From: Chiloscyllium plagiosum
Taxonomy: Eukaryota
Direction: 5' to 3'
Length of the DNA stretch: 48,091 nt
Assembly (NCBI RefSeq): GCF_004010195.1
Contig: NC_057719.1
Coordinates: forward strand, 68,570,567-68,618,657
The first letter of the stretch is position 1. Every line of letters starts with the position of its first letter. This document shows positions 11,916-23,519 of the stretch, in pieces. The translations under genes were made by a program, and so were the position numbers. The notes under the pieces were generated by a model, which was not told the origin of the DNA, did not search any database, and worked only from the letters and a program-made list of their open reading frames with translations.

Positions 11916-12059
11916 CCGCATCCTAGTGAATGGCATTCAGGCTCCAACTTCTGGGATGTCATACTTAAAAGGTTCCTGGACAACACTTCATTCTCTCCAT
12001 TCCAAGAGCATCACTCCATTTCTGGTCATCATTCTAACCCAACCCCCCGGAGATGTCAG

Positions 12060-12280
12060 AGACTGGAAAAAAGCAGTGCGATAGTTCAGGGACATCATCC
12101 CAAAGGTTCTCCTGAAGGCTGACCTGTAGGGAAGAGCTTTCCTTAGTTGTAGCAGGGGCCATCCCGACTGAAGAAGGCAACCTGAGCAGAGGTGGCTGAG
12201 GATGGCACAGCCCACTGCAAATCAAGAGAACCTGGCTCTAGTGTCACAAGACAATGAATGATTTGTTGCGTTTCACCCAG
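12060..12280 (+). pseudogene. Harbinger Myb/SANT-like gene remnant, exon 1
   Basis: KAT*AEVAE ... KRTWL*CHKTMNDLLR, then donor cag|gtatgt at 12280/12281. Exon 2 reads LDIRVLNPFKEQAIELVG once the Penelope insert is removed. Confidence 0.7.
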
Positions 12281-12968
12281 GTATGTACCAGTCTCTACTG
12301 AATGGTTCACAACCCCATGTGGGTTAGTATTGTAAAGTTGCAACTGCAGACTAATCTCACAGGAGGTGGTTGCCAGGCATCTCCATCAGGTGACTCGTGC
12401 AATCAGCATCTATCACTTCATTGCAGCTACCAGTGTAGCATTTCTGGCACCACAAAGGCATTGTCTCACACACATTTGCCAGTGTTTGTACTTAAAACCT
12501 AGAAGGAGCAACAATACTCAGCAACTCCTGGACTATCAGCTCACTGACTTCTCATCACAAGTAACAGAAAGTTTACATCAGGTAGCTGCTCACCAAAGGT
12601 ATGTATGGGACAAGGACATTGCCACAATACATAGATTCAGTTACATCTCACAGATATCTCAGATACATGTGTTATATAATGTTTTATTGATTTGCATCAA
12701 ATCTAACTCTTTGAACACACTGATCCTCAATCCAATCAGAACACTATGCCTATTAGAAAATCACACTGACATTCACAGCTCTGCGGATTGACAGCTCTCT
12801 CTGTATATACCAATAAAGTATTCCTGTTCCCATGCTAATCTCTCTTAATATTTCACTTCCTCAGCAGTGGAAGGATATGCACATGAAGTGCAAATGTGCC
12901 ACACTCAAGAGAGAAATGCTTGACATAAGGCTGCTGTGGTTCTGTTCACCGAGCTGGAAGTTTTTGTT

Positions 12969-13008
12969 GCAAACGTTTCGTCCCCTGTCTAGGTGACATC
13001 CTCAGTGC
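12969..13008 (-). ncRNA. Minimal type I hammerhead ribozyme in Penelope pLTR
   Basis: Reverse complement of 13366-13405 (identical). Confidence 0.8.
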
Positions 13009-13365
13009 TTGGGAGCCTCCTGTGAAGCGCTTCTGTGGTGTTTCCTCCGGCATTCATAGTGGCCTGTCCCTGCCGCTTCCGGTTGTCAGTTTCAGCTGTC
13101 CGCTGTAGTGGCCGGTATATTGGGCCCAGGTCTATGTGTTTGTTGATGGAGTTTGTGGATGAGTGCCATGCTTCTAGGAATTCCCTGGCTGTTCTTTGTT
13201 TCACTTGCCCTATAATGGTAGTGTTGTCCCTGTCAAATTCAGACTTGGACCAAATATACCGGCCACTACAGCGGACAGCTGAAACTGACAACTGGAAGCG
13301 GCAGGGACAGGCCACTATAAACACCGGAGGAAACACCACAGAAGCGCTTCACAGAAGGCTCCCAA

Positions 13366-13405
13366 GCACTGAGGATGTCACCTAGACAGGGGACGAAACG
13401 TTTGC
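13366..13405 (+). ncRNA. Minimal type I hammerhead ribozyme in Penelope pLTR
   Basis: GCA-CTGAGGA-T-GTCACC/TAGACA/GGGGAC-GAAAC-GTT-TGC: stem I GCA:TGC, stem II with one mismatch, palindromic ACGT stem III. Confidence 0.8.
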
Positions 13406-15604
13406 AACAAAAACTTCCAGCTCGGCGAACAGAACCACAGCAACGAGCACCCGAGCTACAAATCTTCTCACAAACTTTGAGCTTGACATAAGGGTCCTCA
13501 ACCCCTTTAAGGAGCAGGCCATCGAGCTGGTAGGAGGGCAAGGGGAATGTACCTGTGCTGAAAGGGAGATGAGCTATCTCTCACCATCCAGTAAGAAAAC
13601 CTCCAGGCAGCTACTCCCAGCGGAATATCAAGCAGTGTCATCTTAATAAAACCTGGGGGAAAGTTGACATCCTGTGAAACTAACAATTCTTTATGCTTGT
13701 CTATGTAGTCTTCTGCTCTCAGTCACAAGCCAGGACTTCATAAAGAGCACCAGCCACTGAGACCATATCTACCAACATCACTTCAAAGCGGTGAAGCCAC
13801 AAAGGATGAACTGCCAGGATCTTCCTCAATACTCTGCCTATGGGGAGCCATTCACCTTAGTGGGTAACCTCTCAAGAGGAGGCTCATGTCCTGCTCTGAT
13901 GAGCACAGCATTGATACAGGCCAACAGCTGGAGGAGGAAGAAGCTGTTGAGGTCCCTGATGCTGGGAGGACTGCTGAAGGATAAATTCCCCACTGAGTCC
14001 CAGTGCCTCCGGACTCAGCCACTAAATGGAGTGAAGGGGAAAGCAGAGTCGGATAGAGTCTGTGCAATATCACACTCAGTCTGGAGTGAAGGATAGAAAA
14101 TTCGGCTTGAGCTCTATCTGTCTGATTTTGTTGCACTGGTGGGTGAGCAGGTGATTGCCCCTGCAGAATGTGTGATGGCCACCATCGAGAACCACGCCCA
14201 GCAGAATGATCTGTATCTGTCAAATCCACACCAGCACTTTTGCTCCATCATGTGAGCCACTGGACTGCTGAGACAAAGTTGTAAAAGGCCTACCTTCACC
14301 CCACAGCCCCCCAAGCAGGTCCCCCAATCCCACAAAGTGGGAGGGAGGTGCTATTGTCCACCAACAGAGAGGTGGAATGACAGCCAGTTGCCAAAGATTC
14401 GCTTTCCTGGACTCTCCAGAAGTGTCCAGCCGTACTGCCTTCCCTCTGCCGGGCACCCAGAAACCTCCATCAGCTCAGGCTGGGGAGGTTGCGGCTGTGC
14501 AAAGGCTGCAGTTCTCCAAAACCTCAGCCAGCAGAGGATGACCACCAAAGGCAAGGCAACAGGTTTCTTCCAGCTTACTGCGACTGCTGAAGTAAAACCA
14601 AAATACAGCAGTGAGAAAAGAAAGATGAAAGGACATTGAAGTCACTTTGGGTGTACCTCATCAATCTTCTGAACAAAATTATACTTGACACAAAAATCGC
14701 ACTTTTTTGACAGCCCTGTGGTATCTTTCAATGTGCTAAGGCTTCTTACTATGTATTGCTTGTAGAACACTTGAGGGGCGATGATTAGCCTAGATACTCA
14801 CATTTGCATCATGTGCAGCAGTGTAAAAAGCACCAAGACTGTCAATCACTGCTGTCCTCTGGGAGGAACATAATCTCAAGAAAATAGGAATTTAAGCTAA
14901 ATGATTGGATTTTAGAAATGATTCAGCATAGTTTATCCCCCTTCACATCTCGGTAATAGTTTTGATTCATAGACATGGCCCCCATGTCACACTGCATAAG
15001 TATTTTGATGGTCTGGTCAGAAGACTGAATAGGTGATTATTGATGCAAAGGGGACAAATTTAAATTACAATTTATGCTAAATTAAGTCACTTAATGTTTT
15101 ACAGTTGTACATCAAGCTTCCCTCGAAGGCAGGATGCCTCAGTACCATAATTGCTGCATGAATCTGTATGTCGATACACAATAATGCAAAGTCACTCACT
15201 CTCAAATCTAGCTGCTATCACATTTTCTCAGTCTTGTCTGCCTCACCTTACTGCTGCCATGATTCTTGAGAATTCTCATCATAAACATTGCCTTCCTCAG
15301 CATCTACATCAGATTCCACTTCTTTCTCATCTGAGGAGACAGCTGACTGGCTGCTCCACATCCCACCCTCTAAATTAGGAACCCATTGTTCAGCCAGGCT
15401 GAGCAGAACATAGCAAACAATCACTACCTGGAGACCCTGTTCAGTGAGCATTGGAGGGTTTCTCCTCGGCTGTCTGTACAAGATTGATGCACATTCAGAG
15501 GGTGAATTGTCTGTTCGATTGTGGCCCCAATGGATGCATTTGCTACCTTGTTGCACTCTCCAGACATGTTCATCCATGTCTTCTGGGAGTTTCCCATATC
15601 ACCT

Positions 15605-15641
15605 ATTCCTGAAGAAGGGCTCATGCCCGAAACGTCGATTC
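15605..15641 (+). ncRNA. Minimal hammerhead ribozyme core
   Basis: TC-CTGAAGA-A-GGGC/TCAT/GCCC-GAAAC-GTC-GA, with a canonical GUC cleavage triplet at 15634-15636. Confidence 0.78.
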
Positions 15642-15732
15642 TCCTGTTCCTTGGATGCTGCCTGACCTGCTGTGCTTTTCCAGCAACACATTTTCAGCTC
15701 TGATCTCCAGCATCTGCAGTCCTCACTTTCTC
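15607..15732 (+). mobile_element. 126-bp Penelope-derived hammerhead-bearing retroposed element
   Basis: Perfect 7-bp TSD CACCTAT (15600-15606, 15733-15739). Same family as 11383-11612. Confidence 0.88.
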
Positions 15733-15844
15733 CACCTATGAACCAACCCTGGAGATGATGCAAGGAGGGGCTACCAATTGCTGAACCTGGAAGCCATGTA
15801 TTTCACAGTTAAAAAAAAAAGTGCTCATTATGTAGAGTAGCCAC

Positions 15845-15965
15845 AGCAAATGTAGGGTTGAGGGGAGAGGATAGGAGCTGGGTCTGGATGGGAAGCTCTT
15901 TGGAGGATCGGTGTGGACTTGATGGGCCAAATTGCTTTTATTAACGCAGTGGGATTCCATTGTAT
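15845..15965 (+). mobile_element. HE1-like SINE 3' fragment
   Basis: ctctttggaggatcggtgtggacttgatgggcc matches the tail of the full copies. Confidence 0.7.
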
Positions 15966-15974
15966 TTGTGTAAA

Positions 15975-17600
15975 AATCATTGAAGGTAGCAGGCAAGCTG
16001 AGAAACTTGTTTATAAGGCATGTGAATTTTATAAATAAAGCGTGAACACAAGAAAGTTTGATTAAAGCTTGATGCAATACTGGTTTCATCTTAAATATGA
16101 TATTATGTCCAAATCTGAAAACCACCCCTTAGGAAGGATGTGAAGGCATTAGAAATGATGCAGAAAATGTATATGAGCATGGTTTCAGATGTAAGATTTT
16201 TTGTTCAGTGGATAGATGGTTGATACATGGATGGAAATGTGCCACATTGAATTCAAACTAGAGATGTTGTTTGAAAATGCATTTGAGGAGAGCAAACAAA
16301 GCTAGGAAATACCCAATATATAGATTAGATTCCTTACAGTGTGGAAACAGGCCCTTCGGCCCAACCAGTCCACACCGACCCTCTGAAGAGTAACCCACCC
16401 AGATCCATTTCCCTCTGACTAATGCACCTCACACTATGGGCAATTTTAGCATGGCCAATTCACCTGACCTGCACATCTTTGGACTGTGGGAGGAAACCTA
16501 CGCAGACACAGGGAGAGCGTGCAAACTCCACACAGACAGTTGCCCAAGGTTGGAATCGAACCTGGGTCCCTGGTGCTGTAAGGCAGCAGTGCTAACCACT
16601 GAGCCACCGTGAGAGAGGTAGAAAAAAAACGAGAGACCTTGCGGTGTGTTTTCATAGCTCCTTAAAGGTGGAAAAATGAGTGAAGATGGTGGTTAAGAAA
16701 GTAAATGGAATCTCTTCAATCCATTTACTAGATGAGATGCAAAATACAAAATAGGAATATAATGCTGGAACTGTATAAAATGCTGGTTGGGCCACAGCTG
16801 GAATTTTGTATCAGTTACTGGAAGGATGTGGTTGCTCTTGAGAAATACAGAGATCTACAACAACATTGCCAGGGCAGAGAAACGGTTAGAAAAGCCAGGA
16901 TTGTTTTCCTTAGAACAGAGGAGATTGAGGGGTGACTTAATTGAGGAATACAAAATTATGAGGGACCTGGAGAGAGGTCAGTAACTAGGATGCTCACCAG
17001 GAGGGACGGGTTTAGGATGATAGAAGGTTTACAGGAGACACAAGGAAAATCATTTCACCCAGACGGTGGTGGGTGTCTGGAATTTGCTGGCGGGCTTATG
17101 GTGGGAGCATGCCCTCATCTGCATCTGCACCAGGAGTGCTTTAACCCACACCATTCTAGACCAGGTTCAAGAAGGTGGTTAGAAAGGATGACTTTTTTCT
17201 CTGCTAGCACAGACACAATGGGGCTGTGCAGAGAATTGGAAATGGTGGTCTTCTTTCAAGGAGACTTTGCAGAGATGCTCAAAATTATGAGGGAACTGGA
17301 CAAAGGGTTAAACATCGAAGGGTATAATTTAAAGCATTAGACAGAATTACCAAACACAGCCAAAAGTAATTGTTTTTATATCTTGTGTGGTTAGGATCTG
17401 GACTGCACAGTCAGAGATTATGGTAGAGGCAGATTTAACCATAGCTTTCAAAAGGGAATTAGATCATTATCTAAAGAGAAGATTTTCAGGACTCCAGGGA
17501 TTGGGCAGGTGTGAGACCAGCAGAGTTGTTCTTGAAATGAGCTGGCATGGACTTAAAGGGCCAAATGGCCTTCTGCTTTGTATCTATTTTATAATTCTAT
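15975..17600 (+). mobile_element. Cluster of old CR1 3' fragments (interrupted by the SINE at 16321-16611)
   Basis: MLELYKMLVGPQLEFC; GLFSLEQRRLRGDLIEEYKIM; AFKRELDHYLK; CR1 3' end gggccaaatggccttct. Confidence 0.8.
16321..16611 (-). mobile_element. HE1-like tRNA-derived V-SINE
   Basis: A box tggctcagtgg, B box ggttcgattcc, V-domain core, CR1-like tail with (tctaa)n. Confidence 0.93.
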
Positions 17601-18317
17601 GACAATTGTAGTATTTAACCAAAATAGACAAAAGATACACAGGAAAAGACATAAAGGCTATTGTCTTAACTCTGGAACCCTTATATTAGAGTCAGGAATC
17701 CTACACCAAAACACAATTTTCTCAGCTAACCTTTTAGATGCCATAACACGTTTGCCAATATTATTCCTGCTTTTCTCTCAGTCCATTATAAAGACAACAT
17801 TGTTAAACAGTACCACAAGGCTGCAGGCACAATGGTAATGTTTACAGAACTACTACAGTTCTAATCAGTTGGGAAGATTGGAAGGAAACCTTTCAGTATC
17901 TTATCACTTGCAGCAGTTAATTCTTTAATCTAGAGCCAGCGAACAGCTATAGAGAATGAATTGATTCTTAAATCCCTTTGTCAGAAGTAGATCATTCCTG
18001 CAAAAGGTGATCTCCATGCTGTTAGTTATTTGGCAATCTTTGTAGACTGACTCGACATTGCTTACATTTATTGCTGAGTAAATTGCTTTTCCAGCAATCA
18101 AAAGATTGTGCTTTTTCATCAAGTTCGTGAATTACATCTTCTGTTTTACCAAAACTACTGAACAACTATTCTCCCATGTAGCTACGATGAGAAATTATAC
18201 CCATTCAGTCACCATTTACCTGTTTAGAATAGTGTGGGTCAGCAGCAATTTCTCTCTATAAGTGGTTGTATATAATTTTAAAATTTAGAAGATCAAAAGC
18301 ATTCAAATGTGCAAAAA

Positions 18318-18850
18318 AGGAGCAGGAGTAGGCCATTAGGTTCCTTCAGCCTGCCCTGCTCTTTAATAAGATCAGGCTTATCTGTTTGTAATGTCAAATC
18401 CACGTTCCTGCCTATCTCTGATAACCTTTCAACCTCTTGCTTACCAAGAATCTACTCACCTCTGGCTTCAAAAATATTCAAAGACTCTGGTTCCACTACA
18501 TTTTCAGGGAGACGGTGCCAAAGACATTCAATCCTCCAGAAAAAAGATCAATTGTCTCATCTCAGTTTTAAATGGGTGACACCTTATGTTGAAACAGTAA
18601 CTCTGAGTTCTTGATTCTCCCATAAGAGGAAACATCCTCTCAAAAACCCATCCCGTCAAGAGCTCTCATGATTTAGACTCTTCTAAACTCCAGTGGATAA
18701 AAGTTGAGCCTGTCCATCTTTTCCTCATAAGACAACCCACCTATACCAGTTATTAGTTTTGTACACTTTCTCAGAACTGCATTTGAAACATTAAATAAGG
18801 TGACCAGCACTGTACGCAGCACTCCAGCACCCTATATAACTGAAGCAATT
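18318..18850 (-). mobile_element. CR1 LINE 3' fragment
   Basis: ggagcaggagtaggccatt 3' terminus and CR1 ORF2 C-terminal sequence; similar to 41710-42425. Confidence 0.75.
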
Positions 18851-18900
18851 ATTGATATATTAATCCTACCTGTTTTATATTGTCAGCAACCATTTAGCAA

Positions 18901-19226
18901 GTCATAGAATCCCTACAGTGTGGAAACAGGCCCTTCAGCCTAACAGCCACACCAACCCTCTGAAGAGTAACCCACCCAGACCCATTTTCCTAACCTATTA
19001 TCCTATATTTACTCCTGACTAATGCACATAGCCTACACAGCCCTGAACACTGTGGCAATTTAGCATGGCCAATTCACCTAACCTGCACGTCTTTTGGATT
19101 GTAGGAGGAAACCCACACTGACATGGAGAGAATGTGCAAACTCAACACAGACAGTCACTCGATGCTGGGATTGAAACCGGGTCCCTGGCGGTGTGAGGCA
19201 GCAATGCTAACCACTGAGCCACCATG
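18901..19226 (-). mobile_element. HE1-like V-SINE
   Basis: Same A/B boxes, core and tail as the other copies. Confidence 0.92.
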
Positions 19227-19693
19227 TACAGAGCATGTGGATAGCAAAATAGAATATCTACTCTGGTTTCAATGATAGCTCTGGCCTCTTTTACGGGTGA
19301 AAGCAATGGCTTAGAATTGTTACTGAAACATAGACTGGAATATCGAGACCATGCAGAAACCCCAACACAAAATCTCTGCATTAAATGTCCTGGGAAGTAA
19401 AAACTTCCATTGTGTGTAGAATGTTCTGAAAAGGTCCCAACTCCGAGTTAGAGTCAGAGATTTCAGACAGGTTGAATTAATTACTTGAATAGTTAGCCAA
19501 GAAAGGAGAAAGGAATTAAAACCTGTTCTAATTCCTGACTAACTGTAATAATGGTCATTCCTCACTCACTACTCATGTTCCCAACCCCAATTTTACACAA
19601 ACACGTGGCACACCCTATCTGATACCACCCTCACGACTCCCCTCCCCACACGACTTCCCCCCCCGCCCCCACTCCCTCCCCCCCACACACACA

Positions 19694-19705
19694 NNNNNNN
19701 NNNNN
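19694..19705. other. Assembly gap (12 N)
   Basis: N run inside a C-rich tract. Confidence 1.
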
Positions 19706-19793
19706 ACAACCCCTCTCCCCTCCACCATCTGTACTCCTGCAATCCTCAACTTTATTCACCTGGCATCTGTATCTTTCACCTAACTACACACTG

Positions 19794-19970
19794 CCACCAC
19801 CCCATGCACCTGGCACACTTTCTCCCTTCCACCCACCTGGCACCCTTTCCCCTCTTCCACCCACCTGGCAACCTTTCCCCCCTTCCACTGTTCTTGCACC
19901 CTTTCTCCCTTCCACCCACCTGACACCCTTTCCCTCCACCCACCTGATACCCTTTCCCTCCACCTATCTA
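19794..19970. repeat. Imperfect C-rich tandem repeat (~22-26 bp unit CCACCCACCTGGCACCCTTTCCC)
   Basis: About 7 degenerate units visible. Confidence 0.8.
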
Positions 19971-21175
19971 GAAACCTTCCTGACCCTACCGCTATGCACC
20001 CACCTCCTATATTCACCTACTTAGCACCTGTACTACTCACTTATCTTAGACACATGCATTCCTTCAGTAGCTATTATCATGAGTTAGATATTAAACATTG
20101 TACAGAATACCATGGCAATTGTTCTAGCAGGGATTATGGATTCATTGTCAATCCATTCCACTATTACCGATTTGGATTGCCAGACTGCACTTGACTGCTT
20201 CATTTGGGAGGACTTCAGCCCAGGAAGTTCAGTTGGAAAACTCTAAAGCTAGGAGGGTATTTTGTGTCAGATCTGAGTCAGAAATGTGAGCTCCAACCCA
20301 GTTTGGAATATTTGGGCCAAGGAATAAGGTTTCCATTTAACAGAAATATATGGTCATAGCAGAAGCAATTTTTGCTCTTATCCTACTACACAAGTTATGG
20401 CACACTTGTTGTCATCACAAACTAACCTGAAGTCCAAAATAATTGATTGCCAGCCCTTGAATAGGAAATAATAGTTGATGTAATGGCACTGTAGAAAATC
20501 ACAAAAGCTGATATTTCTCACAAGCACAAGTTATAGAATTCATCATTAGAAACCAGAGATATGTTGAATATTTTGTACTCTAGTGAATTCTTGCTTGGCT
20601 TTCTTTTATTTCCCTCTTTCCTGTCTCTATTTCTAGCCCTGTAGACATATGCCAATATTTTGTGAAGCACCGAGGAATGAAAGCAATATCGATAAAGCAA
20701 GTTCTTTTAAGAAATAATTTTAAATAGAAATTTTACAGTATGTGATGAGTGAATGGGAGAGCACAATTGAATCCAATTTGGCTCAGCCTGGCAAAGCAGT
20801 TGGTGTAGAGTTAATGGTTAAATGGCGTATTTCTGTGCTGTATTATTTTATGGGGGAACATACAGACCTTTCTTTTAAATTTGCTCTTACGATGTGAATG
20901 TCACTGGGTAAATGAAGCACATCACTGACTCAATTTAAAAAGCTAAAAGACATTGCTACTTTTCTGCTGAGCTAAGCAGAATGCTCTGCATGTTCTGCCA
21001 GTATCAGGTAGCGAGCTGGCAAATAAGGATCCTGAAGATTGCTTTTCCTTGGTTAAAGAGAGCTGAAGGGAAGAGTAATAACTTCACAGGTTCAGTCCAT
21101 CACCATGGCTTCTGTCCTCAATAGATTCAGCCCCTCCATGTCTCAGAAACAAACCTTACCCTTCCTTCAAATAGG

Positions 21176-21467
21176 ATAGAATCCCTACAGAGTAAAAGCA
21201 GGCCATTCAGCCCATCACATCCACACCGACCCTCCAAAGAGCATTTCATCCAAATCCAGCCTCATACCCTATTCCTGTAGACCTGCATTTATCATGGATG
21301 ATCCACCTAGCCTACACATCCCTGCACATTTTTGGACTGTAGGAGGAAACCAGAGCACCAGGAGGAAACCCATGCAGATACAGGGACAGTCGCTTGAGGC
21401 TGGAATTGAACCCAAGTCCTTGGCACTATGAGGCAGCAGTGCTAAGCACTGAACCACCATTCCACCC
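21176..21467 (-). mobile_element. HE1-like V-SINE (diverged)
   Basis: A/B boxes, core and tail are recognisable. Confidence 0.88.
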
Positions 21468-22379
21468 CTGATAACAGTTGCCTCAGCCTTTTGTTATTTC
21501 ACTCTATCCCAGGCACTCAGTACCTAGATGCAGCCTACAAGCTCCATGTAAGTAAGATCTTGCTGGTACTCAATTTGTGGAATCACTGGGTAGATGGTGG
21601 TACAATCAGTCTCCTGTGCAGAAAAACCCAGCTTGTTGTGAAAACTATCTCTCACTATTATGCAGTGAGATACTTGCTAGACTGCAATGAGATGTCAATT
21701 GACTGTCATTATTGTTTGTTAAATACTGTACTTTGTTTGCAGCCCAATTCATCTCATTAATATGCATACTCCCATCTTACCAAAGTTGCCAACAGATCAG
21801 CATCAGGAAAACTCAACAACAAAACCAGAGTGAGCATCTGGCAGACTGAGCTTGCCACTTGCTCCAAATGACCTCCATAATGGAAACTGGGTGCCAACAT
21901 ATCAGGCCACACTCCATGGGCAACTGCCAGACATATCCCATGAATTGGGATCTGACATGTATCAGCCTCTATGAGCACTCATCACTGCCCATCTCAAATC
22001 CACATACAGGCACTTTTGCACTTCGGTGGTTGCTGGCATTGTAATATTGCAGTGAGGATGCTGTGCACTCAGGGACATGCACAAAGCTCATAGACTGAGC
22101 CAGCCCTCCATCTTCGGCCTCTTCACTCACTGTCATAGCACTCACTCATTCTGAGTGTACCTTGATTGTCACAACATCCCTGTCTTGCATTGCTTTACCT
22201 TGCCTTTATGTGCTTTTCCCCTCAACCACAGATAAGAGGCTCATATTACCACATTCTTATTCTGATGATGGGGATAGAGTAGAATATGGAAGATGGATCC
22301 CAGAGAGAGAAAGAGAGAAAGAGAAGGAGGGACGGAAAGAGAGATTGGCAAACAGAGATTACTGATGATGAGCTGAGAG

Positions 22380-22555
22380 AGAGAGAGAGAGAGCAAAGGT
22401 GAAGTGTAAATGGTTGACAATGGGTTGGCAATGCTGGGAGCAACACATACAAGGCAGAACCTGGAGATGTAGGGGAAGGGTAATGAACACAGAAGAGCAC
22501 GTTCACAATCTGAAACTGTTAAACTCAATGTTGAGTCCTGAGGTTGATAGGTACA
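22380..22555 (-). mobile_element. Penelope-like element 3' remnant
   Basis: Minus strand SGLNIEFNSFR (typical GIY-YIG C-terminal GLN motif), followed by a pyrimidine-rich tail; (GA)n at 22375-22393. Confidence 0.6.
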
Positions 22556-22693
22556 AACTGGCATGGTCTGACACCATGGCCTCCATTGTTTGTGCTGGGG
22601 GAAGAGAAAACACAACCTCTGCACCACAACATCCAGCAGAACGTCCAAGACCCTATCTACAATGTGGAGCACTGATTTCCCCCTGTATGCCAT
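22555..22693 (-). pseudogene. Harbinger Myb/SANT-like gene N-terminal remnant
   Basis: MAYRGKSVLHIVDRVLDVLLDVVVQRLCFLFPQ...RPWCQTMP is homologous to 3500-3590 (LLDGIVHKSDILFP). Confidence 0.65.
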
Positions 22694-23519
22694 GTCCAGG
22701 GTAAGTATCAGGAACTGTGCAGGTCATCTCTGGGTGCACGATGGCCTTTCACAGATGGTGTTGGTCTTTCTGTGGCTTTTGACATTCAATCAAGAATCAG
22801 AGAATGATGGAGAGAGAGGGACTTTCCACACTTTTCCTACAAGTGCAGCTATAACCTTCAGCTATAACACCCACCACACACGCTGGTCCAGTAGCATTAG
22901 GATGCCACACTTGCACACAGGCATGCACGCACACACCAGAGTACAGTTGTTTCTTTTTTAACCTGGTTCTCTTATTCCTGTCAGAGGCAAACATAGCCAT
23001 GTCTTTCACCCAGACTGCTTTTGTTTTACATCACATTATGTCAACGTCTGGAGATGTAACTTACAAGAGATGTTTCAGGTTTTTTTTGTGTTGCATCTCT
23101 TTCTCTGAAATGTTTCTCTGAAGTTTCTTGGCACCACTCCAGGGCAACTTTCCAGGGATCTCTCTTGAGGTTGGCTGTAACCAACAAAGGAACTTTACGG
23201 ACAGTTACCAAATTATGTTCTCAGCCATCTCTGGCTCATATGTCCTCTTTAAATATGTAGTTAAATATTTAACAGTTAAATATGTATATGAATAACCTGG
23301 GTTATGATCCTTTGTTGTTATATTGTCTGGTGCATTTCAGTCTGGGGCAATATTTCACTTTGATATTTGGTTTAATAGCAGTGCTCAACAACATGAGACA
23401 CTTTGATGGAAGACGTGAGCAGAATGTAGTTCCCCTTCTAGTTCTGCTTTAATTATGTTGGCATCGTGGATTAATATTCATATTCCAGCAACAATTATGT
23501 AGGTGAGTCAGTAACAGGA

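Larger units (their letters stand above)
12931..13480. mobile_element. Penelope-like retroelement, 5'-truncated, with inverted pseudo-LTRs
   Basis: 13-bp TSD GCTTGACATAAGG (12918-12930, 13481-13493). Inverted arms 12931-13133 and 13241-13442. Minus strand encodes the GIY-YIG C-terminus FDRDNTTIIGQVKQRTAREFLEAWHSSTNSINKHIDL. Confidence 0.92.
11935..15810. mobile_element. Decayed Harbinger/PIF transposon (Myb/SANT gene on +, DDE transposase on -, convergent), with nested Penelope insertions
   Basis: Myb motifs at 12170-12280, transposase motifs at 15200-15810. Termini not identified. Confidence 0.7.
15200..15810 (-). pseudogene. Harbinger (HARBI1-like, DDE_Tnp_4) transposase C-terminal remnant
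   Basis: After removing the insert: QGWFIGDMGNSQKTWM ... ATIEQTIHPLN...TDSRGETLQCSLNRVSR / VVIVCYVLLSLA, matching GWLLGDKGYPL..WL...IEQTIG.LK.RFRCLD.SGG.LQY....VCC.LHN. Confidence 0.8.

Noticed and set aside
10726..11936. Repeat-protein ORFs (167 aa, 158 aa and others)
   Set aside because: They are by-products of a stop-free tandem unit, overlap in several frames, and show no gene structure.
12366..12791. 141-aa ORF
   Set aside because: Lies in the inferred Harbinger Myb intron, and no motif is recognised.
12989..13385. Two mirror-image 116-aa ORFs as a sense/antisense gene pair
   Set aside because: An artefact of the inverted arms; only the central minus-strand part is a real Penelope endonuclease fragment.
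16446..16655. Recurring short ORFs such as VAQWLALLP (also at 19142, 21269, 29460, 32927) as a gene family
   Set aside because: They are translations of SINE copies.
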